From NCBI GenBank assembly GCA_038869755.1, contig JAWCQN010000004.1, positions 1-59,274 on the forward strand: DNA of 59,274 bases, written 5' to 3'. A model generated the notes under the pieces. The model worked only from the letters and a program-made list of their open reading frames with translations, was not told where the DNA came from and did not search any database. Each line of letters starts with the position of its first letter. Positions within the stretch are counted from its first letter, which is position 1. This document shows positions 10,327 through 20,705 of the stretch, one piece after another. A program made the position numbers and the translations under genes. This DNA comes from Candidatus Pacearchaeota archaeon. GTDB lineage: Archaea > Nanobdellota > Nanobdellia > Pacearchaeales > GW2011-AR1.

Positions 10327-10941
10327 TTAAAAATCCCTTCTTCTTCTGTCTCCTGGAATTTTCCTGCGATGGTTTTCATCTGCATCCATGGCAGGAAATC
10401 GGTATAGTTTGTCTTGAGATGAATATTCATCTTTCAAATTTATCTCTTGTAATGGAATAAATACTTCCCTATCCTTAACAGGCCTGTTGATATTAAAAGA
10501 ATTTAACTCTTCAATATCCCTTCTTAATGCCAATGTTCCAGCAACTGAAGATTCTGCAGGCTTATAACTCTCTCCCAAAGTTGTAGTATTTACATCAGAT
10601 ACATTATTTATATCTCCGCCTTCTATATATCCTCTTTTCCCATTAACATCATAAGAAAAATCTGGTTTCTCATCATTATCTTTTCTTGATATTCTTGTAA
10701 ATCCTGCACTGGTAGAAACTGAATTCTCAATTGAAAGAACAGGAGCCTTTCCAGAAAATGTTTTTCTTAAAAATTCTATAGAGTTATCAAAATCAAAAAC
10801 CTCTTTTTTATCCAAAACATCCTCTAATTCTGAATCTTCAGATAAATTTTTTTTATTAGGTTTTAACTTAACTGGCTTTAACTTACTCTTTTTTAAACTC
10901 TTTTTTTTAACTGACTCCTTCTTTTCTCCTTCTTTTGCCAT
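10327..10941 (-). CDS. Hypothetical protein with Lys-rich N-terminus
   Basis: 204-aa ORF between tgt and TIM-barrel gene, same strand. Confidence 0.6.
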   Translation of the reverse strand: MAKEGEKKESVKKKSLKKSKLKPVKLKPNKKNLSEDSELEDVLDKKEVFDFDNSIEFLRKTFSGKAPVLSIENSVSTSAGFTRISRKDNDEKPDFSYDVNGKRGYIEGGDINNVSDVNTTTLGESYKPAESSVAGTLALRRDIEELNSFNINRPVKDREVFIPLQEINLKDEYSSQDKLYRFPAMDADENHRRKIPGDRRRRDF

Positions 10942-10961
10942 ATAAGTTAAACTACTAATAT

Positions 10962-12089
10962 CTATTTATACTTTCCTCTCAATCTTTCCATCAACATCGT
11001 ATAAAACCTTAAATTATGTATAGTTGTAAGCCTAATAGCTTTTTTGTCTTTTTTCTTAAACATCTCATAAATCTGACCTTTTGTAAAATTCAAACATGTA
11101 TAACAATTACATGATTTAGAAATTGGTTCATTGTTATCTTTATTTCTTGAATTTCTTACCCTAACATATTCATAAAAATCCCCATTTTCATCAAGCTTCT
11201 TTAATTTTCCAAAACCAAAAAAACTTCTCTTAAAATTATAAAGCCTATTATTTCTCGCTTCTCTTGTAGGTATAACACAATCAAATAAATCATAACCCAT
11301 ATTTACACACTTAACAATATCTTCAGGTTTCCCTATACCCATCGCATATTTCACTTTATCTTCAGGCATTAATTCGCAAACATACTCTAAAATATCAGAT
11401 AAAAATTCTCCTTTTTCATTGACAGGAAATCCTCCGAAAGCATAGCCATCAAAACCAATTTCTTTTAAAGCATCTGCACATTTTTTTCTTAATTCAAGAT
11501 GATTTCCTCCCTGTATAATGCCAAACAACAAAGGCTTTTCCTTGTCTGCCATATTGGATGTAAGTTCCAAAAATTCCTTTTTACATCTTTTAGCCCAGCC
11601 AACAGTTCGATTAACTGATTTCTCCTGCTCTTCAAAACTTAATTCTGGTCTCGTACAATCATCCAGACACATAATAATATCAGATTTTATTAAAAATTGC
11701 AGCCTAATGCAATTTTCGGGTGTTAATTTTATCCTCTCTCCCAAATAGGAAAATTCAACCCCTTCATCACTTATTTTTCCAAACTCTCCATAAGAGGAAT
11801 GGTTTTCGTGAAAATCTCTTATCAAAGACATCACCTGAAATCCTCCGGAATCGCTTACAATTAGTCCGGGAAAATTAATATGCTTATGAATACCCCTCTC
11901 TTTTGAGATTTTGCCGATTAGTTTATCTTTTAATAAATGATAAGTGTTGACAACCAAACCATTAATTTTAACATCAAGAGCATCTTGCATATTGATACCT
12001 CTAATAAAACCCCTTGTTGCATCTGGCAGAAACATAGGTAATTCAAATTCCTTTCCCCTGACTTTAAAGCTCTTGATTATAACAGCCAT
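10962..12089 (-). CDS. tgt: tRNA-guanine transglycosylase, bacterial (queuosine) type
   Basis: NTYHL, SDSGGFQ, LDDCT, GIIQGG, YAMGIGKPEDI, FDCVIPTREAR, Zn site CNCYTC...HN; 375 aa with no PUA domain. Confidence 0.9.
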   Translation of the reverse strand: MAVIIKSFKVRGKEFELPMFLPDATRGFIRGINMQDALDVKINGLVVNTYHLLKDKLIGKISKERGIHKHINFPGLIVSDSGGFQVMSLIRDFHENHSSYGEFGKISDEGVEFSYLGERIKLTPENCIRLQFLIKSDIIMCLDDCTRPELSFEEQEKSVNRTVGWAKRCKKEFLELTSNMADKEKPLLFGIIQGGNHLELRKKCADALKEIGFDGYAFGGFPVNEKGEFLSDILEYVCELMPEDKVKYAMGIGKPEDIVKCVNMGYDLFDCVIPTREARNNRLYNFKRSFFGFGKLKKLDENGDFYEYVRVRNSRNKDNNEPISKSCNCYTCLNFTKGQIYEMFKKKDKKAIRLTTIHNLRFYTMLMERLRGKYK

Positions 12090-12210
12090 AGTTTAATTTA
12101 ATAGAAAGAGTTTAAAGATTTTTATGAATTTTTTAAAGACATATCGATTCATAAACCATGAAACCATTAGTTAATCGATACACTTATAACTTACACTTCT
12201 ATATATTTTT

Positions 12211-13011
12211 ATGATAAACAGAAGATTCAAAGCAAACAGGCCGAAAATAACTGGAAGCACGGATATAACTCCTTATTGGGAGGTAGTTGATAATATAATC
12301 AGAGAGAGTGATGTAATAATAGAGGTTCTGGACGCCAGAATGCCTGAATTGTCAAGAAATGAAGAAATTGAAAAAAAAGTTAAAGAATCTGGAAAGGAGC
12401 TTATTTTTGCTGTGAATAAATCAGATTTAATACCTGAACATTATCTAAAAAAAAGAAAAAAATTTTCAGGAAAGGTGTTTTATATCTCGGCAAAAAATAG
12501 AAATGGGATTGAAAAAATTAGAAACCATATATTCTCTTTGTCAAAAAAACATGAGAGTATTAAGATTGGAGTCTTGGGTTATCCGAACACAGGAAAGTCA
12601 TCACTTATAAACTCACTTGTCAGAAGCAAAAAAGCTCCTGTTTCAGCAAGGGCTGGAACAACCCATGGGCAACAATGGATAGCTATGAAAAAGAATATAT
12701 TAATAATCGACTCTCCTGGAGTTATACCTCTAAAACAAAATGATGAAATAAGATTAAGTTTAATTGGCTCAAAGAATCCTGATAAAACCAAAAACAAAGA
12801 GTTAGTTGCAGAAAAAATAATTGAGTTATTTACAGACAAAAAGAATTTATTTGAATACTATAAGATAGAAACTAAATCTAATAATCCTGAAGAAATTCTA
12901 GAAGAAATAGGAAGAAAAAGAGGTTTTCTCAAAAAACATGGATTAGTAGATGGATCCCGGACAGCTGAACAACTAATAAGGGACTGGCAATCTGGAAAAT
13001 TGAGATTATAA
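12211..13011 (+). CDS. Circularly permuted ribosome-biogenesis GTPase (YlqF/RbgA family)
   Basis: EVLDAR.P, NKSD (G4) and SAK (G5) precede GYPNTGKSS (G1), GTT (G2), DSPG (G3); C-terminal RDWQSGKL. Confidence 0.92.
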   Translation: MINRRFKANRPKITGSTDITPYWEVVDNIIRESDVIIEVLDARMPELSRNEEIEKKVKESGKELIFAVNKSDLIPEHYLKKRKKFSGKVFYISAKNRNGIEKIRNHIFSLSKKHESIKIGVLGYPNTGKSSLINSLVRSKKAPVSARAGTTHGQQWIAMKKNILIIDSPGVIPLKQNDEIRLSLIGSKNPDKTKNKELVAEKIIELFTDKKNLFEYYKIETKSNNPEEILEEIGRKRGFLKKHGLVDGSRTAEQLIRDWQSGKLRL

Positions 13012-13092
13012 AAAGAAAAAATATTGAAGCAATATTTGAAAACAATTAAGGAGTTCAACAACATTTATAAATTCCTTTAACATCATTATATT

Positions 13093-13446
13093 ATGATTAA
13101 AAAAAAGGTGAAAAAGTCTGTAGGAAAAAAAACGAGCTCGAATAAAGACAGGTTGTTAATAGAAAATTTAGTATCGCTTCAAAAAGTTCTGTTGAATTTA
13201 AGTGTAAAACTTGAAAGTTTGTCTGAACAAACTTCCAAATTACTGGCATTATTTGAAATTTCAGCAAAGTCATTCGCAGAAAAACAAGGTGGAATAAGCA
13301 AAGAGGATAAAGAGTTTGTTGATAAGCTTAATCAGTTAATGGAGCAAAATAAAATACTGGCCAAAGGCCTTACTTTAATGGAAGAAAAATTGAGAGTAAG
13401 CAATTCGCAAATGCCTCCTCAAAACAGGCATTTCCAAAGACCATAA
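13093..13446 (+). CDS. Hypothetical coiled-coil protein
   Basis: 117-aa ORF with heptad pattern; upstream TATA. Confidence 0.7.
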   Translation: MIKKKVKKSVGKKTSSNKDRLLIENLVSLQKVLLNLSVKLESLSEQTSKLLALFEISAKSFAEKQGGISKEDKEFVDKLNQLMEQNKILAKGLTLMEEKLRVSNSQMPPQNRHFQRP

Positions 13447-13454
13447 TTTATAAA

Positions 13455-14075
13455 ATGAATGATATAAAAGAGTCATTTCTCTACGAATTCACAAAAGAAC
13501 TTATTTTAAATTCAGCTCCGGCATATGTAAGAGATAAAGAAACTGAAAGAGAGCTAAAAATGAATGAGATAAAAGAAAAAATAGATACACAACTATCACT
13601 CGATGAAAATAAAGAACAAACATTCAAAAATTCAAAAACAATAACAAATACGCAAAATATTCAAATTGATAACAGGAAAAAATACTTAAATAGACAAGAC
13701 AAACCCATATCTCCAATTCCAGAATATAATCAACCTGCAACATTTGAAAATAAGAGGTTGGAAGGTTTATACTTTGGAAAAATTCAAAATATGGTTTATG
13801 ACCAAAATGTAGTAAGTATAGAATGTCCAGGACCGGGAAAATTCATTATAATAAGCACAATAACAAAAATAATTCCAACTAAAATAATGCTTAGTAAGAA
13901 TGAGATAAATTCAATTATAGAATCTTTCTCTCAAGAGGCAAGAATTCCAAGAATAGGAGGGGTTTTTAAGGCTATAGTTAATAACCTCATAATAACAGCT
14001 ATAGATTCTGAATTCGCGGGACCAAGATTTATTATATCAAAAATCCGTGGAAGTCCATCCCAATTTTTCCAATAA
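13455..14075 (+). CDS. Hypothetical protein resembling the N2 domain of type II/IV secretion/pilus ATPases, with no ATPase domain
   Basis: GKIQ.MVYD.NVVSIECPGPGK.I...PTKI.LS.NEINSII..FSQEA resembles the GKI..L..DP.IEDI.C.G...I...TNI....EL segment of FlaI/TadA; no Walker A. Confidence 0.55.
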   Translation: MNDIKESFLYEFTKELILNSAPAYVRDKETERELKMNEIKEKIDTQLSLDENKEQTFKNSKTITNTQNIQIDNRKKYLNRQDKPISPIPEYNQPATFENKRLEGLYFGKIQNMVYDQNVVSIECPGPGKFIIISTITKIIPTKIMLSKNEINSIIESFSQEARIPRIGGVFKAIVNNLIITAIDSEFAGPRFIISKIRGSPSQFFQ

Positions 14076-14094
14076 AGTTTATGACTTAAAAAAA

Positions 14095-16032
14095 TTAACC
14101 TAACAAGGATTTTGCTTTTTCTTGAAGCTCCTTGGCAAGTTCTGATTTTTTTCTGGCTATTTCTTCTTCCTGATGTTTCTTAAAATCTTTAACTCTCTCT
14201 TCAAACATTCTTTTATATTTGGCATTAATAGCAGCTTCTCTCTTGGATATTTCTTTTAGCATAGCCTGATGTGCCTGTTCAGCAAATTTTTTCTGAAGCA
14301 TAATTCTTTCCTTTTCCATTTCACTTTCTTTTTCTTTCTTAAATAAATTAATTTTGTCAATTAAACTTTTTTTCTCAGCCGCAATTTCAAGATTTTTTGC
14401 CTTATGGTCCTCTAATAATTTCTTTTCTCTTAACTTAATCTCTCTTAATTTTTCATTATATTTAGATTCCAAACTTTTTAGATTATTTTCCAGTTTCCTT
14501 TTTTCCAAAAGAACTCTTGAATTAGCTTCTGAACTATACTGACGTTTAAACTGTTCTTCCAGCTTTTTCCTCATAGAATCTACACTCTTTCTTAATAAAG
14601 AATCATAGTGAGATTTAAGTTCAAGTTTATATTTTCTCTTTTCATTAAATGACATTTGGGAAATTTTACTTTTTTCCTCATTCAGTTTTTGATTGTATTC
14701 ATTATTCAATCTTTCTTTTTCTTTAATGATATGCTTCAATAATTCTGAATCGAATTTTTTATGGTATTCTTTCTTTAATGAATTTGTTAATTTCTGAATT
14801 TCATTTTTGTGTTTTTCAATAAGAAGCTTCTCTTCTTCAGCTCTCTTTATAGAGTCGTCATGCCTAATCCTAGATATTTTTGCCAACAGCCTTGAATTTC
14901 TCTCCTTTAATTGTTCCAAAACATATATTTTTTCTGATAAATTCTGCTGAAGCAAGTCATTTAATTTCATTTGATGGGCAATCGCCTGATTCAGTTTTTT
15001 TGTTTTATCAATAATCTCTTTTCTATGTTCTTTCTCGTTTTGAACCATAATTTCATTTAGTTTTTTCTGAAATTTGTCGTCTGCTTCTTTCCTAAGCTGT
15101 TCTTTATAATCAGCCAGTGTTTTAAGCATATGTTCATGGGCTTCTTTAGCAAGTTTTTTCTTTATTGCACTTTGCTCTTTATCTTGATTCTTTAAATTCT
15201 GTGCCAATTTCTCAGCCAAAATGTTCTTTTGTCTAATAAGTTCATCATGATATTTTTGTTTCATTTTTGAAACATATTCTAAATCAAGTCTAGCTTTCTC
15301 TTCTTCAAACTTCTTTTTTAGTTCAGATGAAAATTTCTTTGCAACCTCATTATGCAATTCTGTTTGAACTTTTTGATCATATCTCTCTTTAAGTTTATTT
15401 TCCACTTCTTTGTATTTTAGCTCTAATTCCTTCTTTCTTAATTCTACTTCCTTCCTTAATTCTTCATTCAAATTTTCTTCTTCCTGTTTAAGCTTTTTAG
15501 AAAGATCAATTTTAACATCATGTAAAAATGCATTAAATCTGTCATCAATAAAAAAATTAACCTCCTCATCAATTCTTCCTTTTTTCTTCTGATCTTTCTT
15601 AGTAATTTCCTGTTCTATATTAAGCAACTCTTTTCTCAATAATTTATTGGAATCATATACTGTTTCTTTAATCTCTCCTTCCAAACTCCCAACAGCTCTT
15701 TTTAAAGATTTATTGGTATCTATAACAGCAGCTTCAATATTTTTAACCTTGCTTTGAATTTTTTTTAATGGTGACTTCTTTTTTATCTCTCTCTTATTAA
15801 GGATTTTTTTTCTTAATGCCCTAATCTGTCTTTCCAACTCAGGAAGAGAAGAAGTATCTTTTAAACGAGACTTTATTATACTAACTTCTTTCTCAAAACC
15901 TTTTGTAAATCCCTTCGCCTCAAGAGAAGATATTTCTCTTTTCAGTTCCTCTAACCGATTAACCTTTTTCTGAAAAGAATAAAACTGTTTTTTTAGCTCT
16001 TCTTCATTTTTATTATAATTTTTTCTCACCAT
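14095..16032 (-). CDS. Long coiled-coil protein (645 aa)
   Basis: K/E/L-rich heptads throughout, almost no Pro or Gly, no ATPase motifs. Confidence 0.8.
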   Translation of the reverse strand: MVRKNYNKNEEELKKQFYSFQKKVNRLEELKREISSLEAKGFTKGFEKEVSIIKSRLKDTSSLPELERQIRALRKKILNKREIKKKSPLKKIQSKVKNIEAAVIDTNKSLKRAVGSLEGEIKETVYDSNKLLRKELLNIEQEITKKDQKKKGRIDEEVNFFIDDRFNAFLHDVKIDLSKKLKQEEENLNEELRKEVELRKKELELKYKEVENKLKERYDQKVQTELHNEVAKKFSSELKKKFEEEKARLDLEYVSKMKQKYHDELIRQKNILAEKLAQNLKNQDKEQSAIKKKLAKEAHEHMLKTLADYKEQLRKEADDKFQKKLNEIMVQNEKEHRKEIIDKTKKLNQAIAHQMKLNDLLQQNLSEKIYVLEQLKERNSRLLAKISRIRHDDSIKRAEEEKLLIEKHKNEIQKLTNSLKKEYHKKFDSELLKHIIKEKERLNNEYNQKLNEEKSKISQMSFNEKRKYKLELKSHYDSLLRKSVDSMRKKLEEQFKRQYSSEANSRVLLEKRKLENNLKSLESKYNEKLREIKLREKKLLEDHKAKNLEIAAEKKSLIDKINLFKKEKESEMEKERIMLQKKFAEQAHQAMLKEISKREAAINAKYKRMFEERVKDFKKHQEEEIARKKSELAKELQEKAKSLLG

Positions 16033-16087
16033 CTTTTTTTATATTAATACACAATGAAATATGTAAACTTTATTTTTATACCTTTCG

Positions 16088-19000
16088 TTATTTAAGAGGA
16101 TTATGTCCTTCATATTCATCTAATTTTTTCTGCAATCCTGTTGTATCATAATATCCTTTACTCTTCCATTCATTTAACTTTCTTCTCAAATCACTAATTT
16201 CATGTTTTGATATTTGTTTTTTCCTGATTCTTCTTTTTATGTGCCTTATTTCTTTCCTTGCCCTTCTCCTTTCTTTTCTGAACTCTTTTTTCTTGATTTT
16301 AATAATTCTTTTTTCCTCTCTTCTTTTCTCTCTTGATTTCTTTAATTTGGTAATTGTATTTTCAATTGCTTCATTTAATTTCCTCTCTAGATCAACTGTT
16401 GAATAGTAAGCTTTCCTTCTCCATTCTGAAAGTTTTCTTCTAAGATCAGCAAAAGGTATAGGCATTCTGTATATAGGCCTCTCTATTCTTTTTCTAACCC
16501 ATGTCTTCTCCTCTTTTCTTAACCTTGCTCTCTCTTTTATTCTTGATACAGATTTTTCAATTCTTATTTTTATACTAATGGAAGGAAGCCTTAATTTAGG
16601 TACTAAACTCCTAAATCTTTCTGAAAATGGCTTCTTGGAAACCCTTCTTTCTTTTGTTTCGGGTGTCTCAGGAGCTTCCCTTCTTCTTAAAATCCTGACT
16701 AAACCGGTTAGTGGTGAAACTTCATACAATGCCTTTCTCATATACAACAACATAATTATTAATAATAACAGCAATAGCCACAACAATGAAATTATATATG
16801 GAAGATAATCAAAGTATGCAATTCCTTCTATGCAGGCAGGACAATTAGGACCTCCGCAATCAACATCTGTTTCATCAAAATTCTTAATTTTATCAAAGCA
16901 ATAAGCACATACTCCCCTATAGTCTGATGTAACAAAACCTATATCAACTCTTAAAAGCCCATTAGAAGATCCTTCCTTATACCTTGCAACTAATTTATCA
17001 GTTTCAGCGTCATATATCTCGATAAAGGTTTGATAACACCACTCTGTCTTTATCGTCCTAAATTCTTTTGATAACGAACATTCTTTCCTATTGATAAAGC
17101 TCTCTTCCTCACAAATACTTTTATCTACACATTGCTGCTCTTGGAAAGCTGATAAAATTGGAATTCCCTTAAGAACATCACTATAGTCATAATTCACCTG
17201 ACAATCTCCAAATTCTGTACATATTAATTCAGGAGTGCAAGTACATAATTCAAATATTGGAAGATTTACATTGGTTCCGCACTGATTCAAATCAATACAA
17301 TCATAAGAATACCTATATGTTTCATTGGCACAAGATGTCCAACGGCAATACCAGTTTTCCTCACAATTCAATAAACCCTGAACTATTTTAATTCTCCATA
17401 ATATTGATTGCGTTCCGCCGCCGGATAAAATATCTGCTCTTACTATAGAATCTTTGTCAAATAATTTTGTATATTTTGAGGACAAGCTTCCAACTCCGGA
17501 ATTTCCACTTTGAAAAACTCCGTCATAATACCATTTTACTTCCACTAAATTAGTCCCGGCTCCGCTTACATTTACTGAGAAATTTATACTGCTTTTATTC
17601 AAAATGTTAAGATTCAAATTTTGTGGACTATATTCTATTGAAAGCCCAAGAATACACTGCTGAACCTCCGGAGGTTTACCTTCATCAGTTCCACACTGAT
17701 TCAAATCAATACAAGTTCTTGTTTGATATGGGTAATCTGGAGGGGGTGATAAATTAATCCCACTATCCTGTCCTCCTCCAAATATTCCTCCAGAACCTCC
17801 AGAAGATCCATAACTGCCAACACTTCCAGAACCGCTGCTTCCTCCTGAATTTTCTCCCGACCATTGTTCTCCGGAAGGTAAATTAAATGAAAATATTTTG
17901 GTTCCACCAACTTCTATCTCCTTGGTAATTGGCTCTGAATTAATTGTAACAACTATTGATCCATTTTTAATTTCATTTACAGTTAATGTATGCACCTCAA
18001 TAACATTATTCAAAATAATTGAATAAGACGAAGTCCTTATCCTTAGTAAAACTTTATCTCCAAATCTTTCTTCATATGTAACAGAAATGTCCTCCCCCTT
18101 AAATATAGTTAATTGCACTATTTCGCCAATACCTACCAATACCTGATCAGGGGAAAGAGTTATTTCAGACTCATTTTTAATTGTCTGATTATTATCTTCT
18201 GGGAGCTGAAGTGTTTCGTTTTTACATAAAATTGAACAGCCATCTGCTGAAAGTGAATTACCATCATCACATTCTTCTCCGGCACCAGTCTGTATAACTC
18301 CATCACCACACCTTTCATTAAGGACGCATTCATTAAAACCATTACATAGAGAATTACACTCTTGAATACCTGAATAACCTCCAACCTCACAAGACTTGGA
18401 ATTTCCATCACAAATTTCATTCAATTCAGTTAGATTATTTCCGCATAAACTTATACAGGCAAGGCAATTAGAGCCTCCACAATCAACATCTGTTTCATCA
18501 AAATTCTTAATATTGTCAAAACAATGATCCAAAACACATTCAGAATTATTTCCATAATCAACACAAGTACTACCAATTGAACACCTTTCACCTGCAACCC
18601 ATTTGTTTACTCCTTTAGAATCTGTTTTACAGGTATAAATCCTGTTATTAATACATGTTTCATCATTTAATTCACATATTTTAGATTCGCCTGATTTACC
18701 AGATACACATAATCCATTTGAACATATCTCACCTCTTGAACACCTTTTATTAGAACTCCACTTTAAACATCCATTATTATCAGACTGGCATACCTGAAAA
18801 GTGCCTGCTCCAGTGCATCTTAACGCACCTTCAATCTCACATGAGTTTAGCTGTGTGCAGGCACACTCTCCATCACCAACACATATTAAACCTGATTTAC
18901 ATCTATAATTTTTCCAGTTCAAAGTCAGTTTATTTCTTTTAATTGTTTGAGTACATTCCTGATAAATATTCTTCTTTACAAGATGGCATCTCTTATTACC

Positions 19001-20545
19001 AATGTCACTCTCAACGCTACAGCTTGTTAGTGTAGCAAACCCTGTAATCTTACTGGAAAAAATATTTTTAATTTTATTAAAATTATCCAGAATATTCTTT
19101 TGATTATCAACAAAAACATAATTTGCATTAATCAATTTTTCATCAATTTTTAGTTCTGAATTTTTCTTGTCTATCTGATTTTTTGATAATACCTCAATTT
19201 TAACTGGAATCCTGTTTTGTTCCTGACTCATTTCCAAAAGAAGATTAGAAGTTTCAAAACCGTCGTTTAAACCTGAATTGTAAGATAATTGTGTATTAGG
19301 AGCTATACACCCACTCCAAGGTCCGCATTGCCAGTTAGGAGTGCAACCACATTCCCTAAACTGGGTTTCACTTGATCCACATCCATCAAATCTTGATCTT
19401 GTCTCTTGCCCAAGATAACACGAACTCCAGTTACTCCAGTTACTCCAAGAAGGAATGCATATTCCTCCCCCGCCTCCTCCCTCGCTACAACCACGAATTT
19501 CAACTTCTATACAACCACTAGAATCTGTTCTTGATCTGGTTTGAAGACCATTAGAGCATTCACTCCACCCGCTAAATGCTCCGAAATCAGCAGAACATAC
19601 ATCAACATCTGAATGAATTGATGTAGCAAGAAAATTAATAAAATTATCATCACTTACTAAAACATCCCAACGTAAAGCATTTGCAAAAGAATAATTTAGC
19701 GTCACATTTCCCTGATATCTTCCTGTAGAAATTCTGGAAATATTTCTTCCCGGATAATAAAGCTCACCATCTGGATATAAAACCAAAGCAGCACTTGTTG
19801 CATTTGCGCTGATATTCATAGGGTCATAATCAAATGTCCCGGAAACATTGGTTTTTGTTATGTTTATTGTCAAAATAGCTTTATCCCCGCTGTAATATTT
19901 TCCATTAGATCTTTTATTAATCTGTTCCAAATCAGCAATGAACTTAACAATTGAGATATTTATTGTTGCCTCATTAATAACAATCTTATCTGAAGTTAAA
20001 ATTGAAAAATTTACAGTGACATTCCTTATATCCGGATTATAACCAAGTTTGGAAAAATTCATTGTACAATGTCCTGAGGTATTTGTTAAAGAACTTCCAA
20101 TGAAAATACCATTATCATAAAAGTAACATGTCGCAAGAGAAAAACCAGCAGATGTCCCATTTTCATGAACTTGAGCTGTAAAATTCAGACTATTTGGTAT
20201 ATATCCCTTTGTATCTTCCTCTGCCACAGAATCATTTCCACGAACTATTTCTTGATTATCAGTGTGAGAGGTAATAGTTATAGCAAGATTTTTAATATCT
20301 TCCAAAATTCCAAACCTTCCTGAAAGGGTATCAGAGATATATCTGCCTACTACGCCTATACCTCCAACAAATCTCTGAATGAAAGTTGTCGAGCTTGAGT
20401 TTGTCTGTGAAAAAGAATCTGGTCTTGACTCCATAGTGTAATTTGAAGAAAAACCTTGAAAAGAAATAACAAAGGGTATGAAAACAACTAACATAAATAC
20501 TAAGAACATCAAGATTAACCGATAAACACCTCTTTTTTTAGTCAT
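16088..20545 (-). CDS. Giant Cys-rich cell-surface protein (thrombospondin-1-like and Myxococcus-type Cys-rich repeats), one C-terminal TM, basic cytoplasmic tail
   Basis: N-terminal signal; WSxWSxC...QTRSR repeats; CGDGVIQ..AGEECDDGN...DGCS..C; two DETDVDCGG motifs; TM IISLLWLLLLLLIIMLLY; Arg/Lys-rich tail. Confidence 0.85.
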   Translation of the reverse strand: MTKKRGVYRLILMFLVFMLVVFIPFVISFQGFSSNYTMESRPDSFSQTNSSSTTFIQRFVGGIGVVGRYISDTLSGRFGILEDIKNLAITITSHTDNQEIVRGNDSVAEEDTKGYIPNSLNFTAQVHENGTSAGFSLATCYFYDNGIFIGSSLTNTSGHCTMNFSKLGYNPDIRNVTVNFSILTSDKIVINEATINISIVKFIADLEQINKRSNGKYYSGDKAILTINITKTNVSGTFDYDPMNISANATSAALVLYPDGELYYPGRNISRISTGRYQGNVTLNYSFANALRWDVLVSDDNFINFLATSIHSDVDVCSADFGAFSGWSECSNGLQTRSRTDSSGCIEVEIRGCSEGGGGGGICIPSWSNWSNWSSCYLGQETRSRFDGCGSSETQFRECGCTPNWQCGPWSGCIAPNTQLSYNSGLNDGFETSNLLLEMSQEQNRIPVKIEVLSKNQIDKKNSELKIDEKLINANYVFVDNQKNILDNFNKIKNIFSSKITGFATLTSCSVESDIGNKRCHLVKKNIYQECTQTIKRNKLTLNWKNYRCKSGLICVGDGECACTQLNSCEIEGALRCTGAGTFQVCQSDNNGCLKWSSNKRCSRGEICSNGLCVSGKSGESKICELNDETCINNRIYTCKTDSKGVNKWVAGERCSIGSTCVDYGNNSECVLDHCFDNIKNFDETDVDCGGSNCLACISLCGNNLTELNEICDGNSKSCEVGGYSGIQECNSLCNGFNECVLNERCGDGVIQTGAGEECDDGNSLSADGCSILCKNETLQLPEDNNQTIKNESEITLSPDQVLVGIGEIVQLTIFKGEDISVTYEERFGDKVLLRIRTSSYSIILNNVIEVHTLTVNEIKNGSIVVTINSEPITKEIEVGGTKIFSFNLPSGEQWSGENSGGSSGSGSVGSYGSSGGSGGIFGGGQDSGINLSPPPDYPYQTRTCIDLNQCGTDEGKPPEVQQCILGLSIEYSPQNLNLNILNKSSINFSVNVSGAGTNLVEVKWYYDGVFQSGNSGVGSLSSKYTKLFDKDSIVRADILSGGGTQSILWRIKIVQGLLNCEENWYCRWTSCANETYRYSYDCIDLNQCGTNVNLPIFELCTCTPELICTEFGDCQVNYDYSDVLKGIPILSAFQEQQCVDKSICEEESFINRKECSLSKEFRTIKTEWCYQTFIEIYDAETDKLVARYKEGSSNGLLRVDIGFVTSDYRGVCAYCFDKIKNFDETDVDCGGPNCPACIEGIAYFDYLPYIISLLWLLLLLLIIMLLYMRKALYEVSPLTGLVRILRRREAPETPETKERRVSKKPFSERFRSLVPKLRLPSISIKIRIEKSVSRIKERARLRKEEKTWVRKRIERPIYRMPIPFADLRRKLSEWRRKAYYSTVDLERKLNEAIENTITKLKKSREKRREEKRIIKIKKKEFRKERRRARKEIRHIKRRIRKKQISKHEISDLRRKLNEWKSKGYYDTTGLQKKLDEYEGHNPLK

Positions 20546-20702
20546 TTTTTAAATTTTTTATTACAATCTCCCCTTTTTCAATATCTAAAAATAATTCAAC
20601 ATCATCACCAATATTAAGATTAAGATTTTCCAGTATCGGACTAGGAAGAGCAATTCTATTCAGCTTCTGGATTTTTAAAGTTCCAAATTTAACTCTTTTC
20701 AT
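20538..20702 (-). CDS. AbrB/MazE/SpoVT-family small DNA-binding protein (54 aa, not in ORF track)
   Basis: Translated by hand: MKRVKFGTLKIQKLNRIALPSPILENLNLNIGDDVELFLDIEKGEIVIKNLKND; RI.LP...L.L..GD.V...I.I pattern; overlaps the start of the 1485-aa gene by 8 nt. Confidence 0.8.
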   Translation of the reverse strand: MKRVKFGTLKIQKLNRIALPSPILENLNLNIGDDVELFLDIEKGEIVIKNLKND

Positions 20703-20705
20703 TCT

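Noticed and set aside
10962-12089. DpdA DNA-modification (7-deazaguanine) system
   Set aside because: Motifs match tRNA-acting bacterial TGT, and no dpdB/C or preQ0 synthesis genes are adjacent.
14095-16032. SMC/Rad50 protein
   Set aside because: No Walker A/B, signature motif, hinge or zinc hook.
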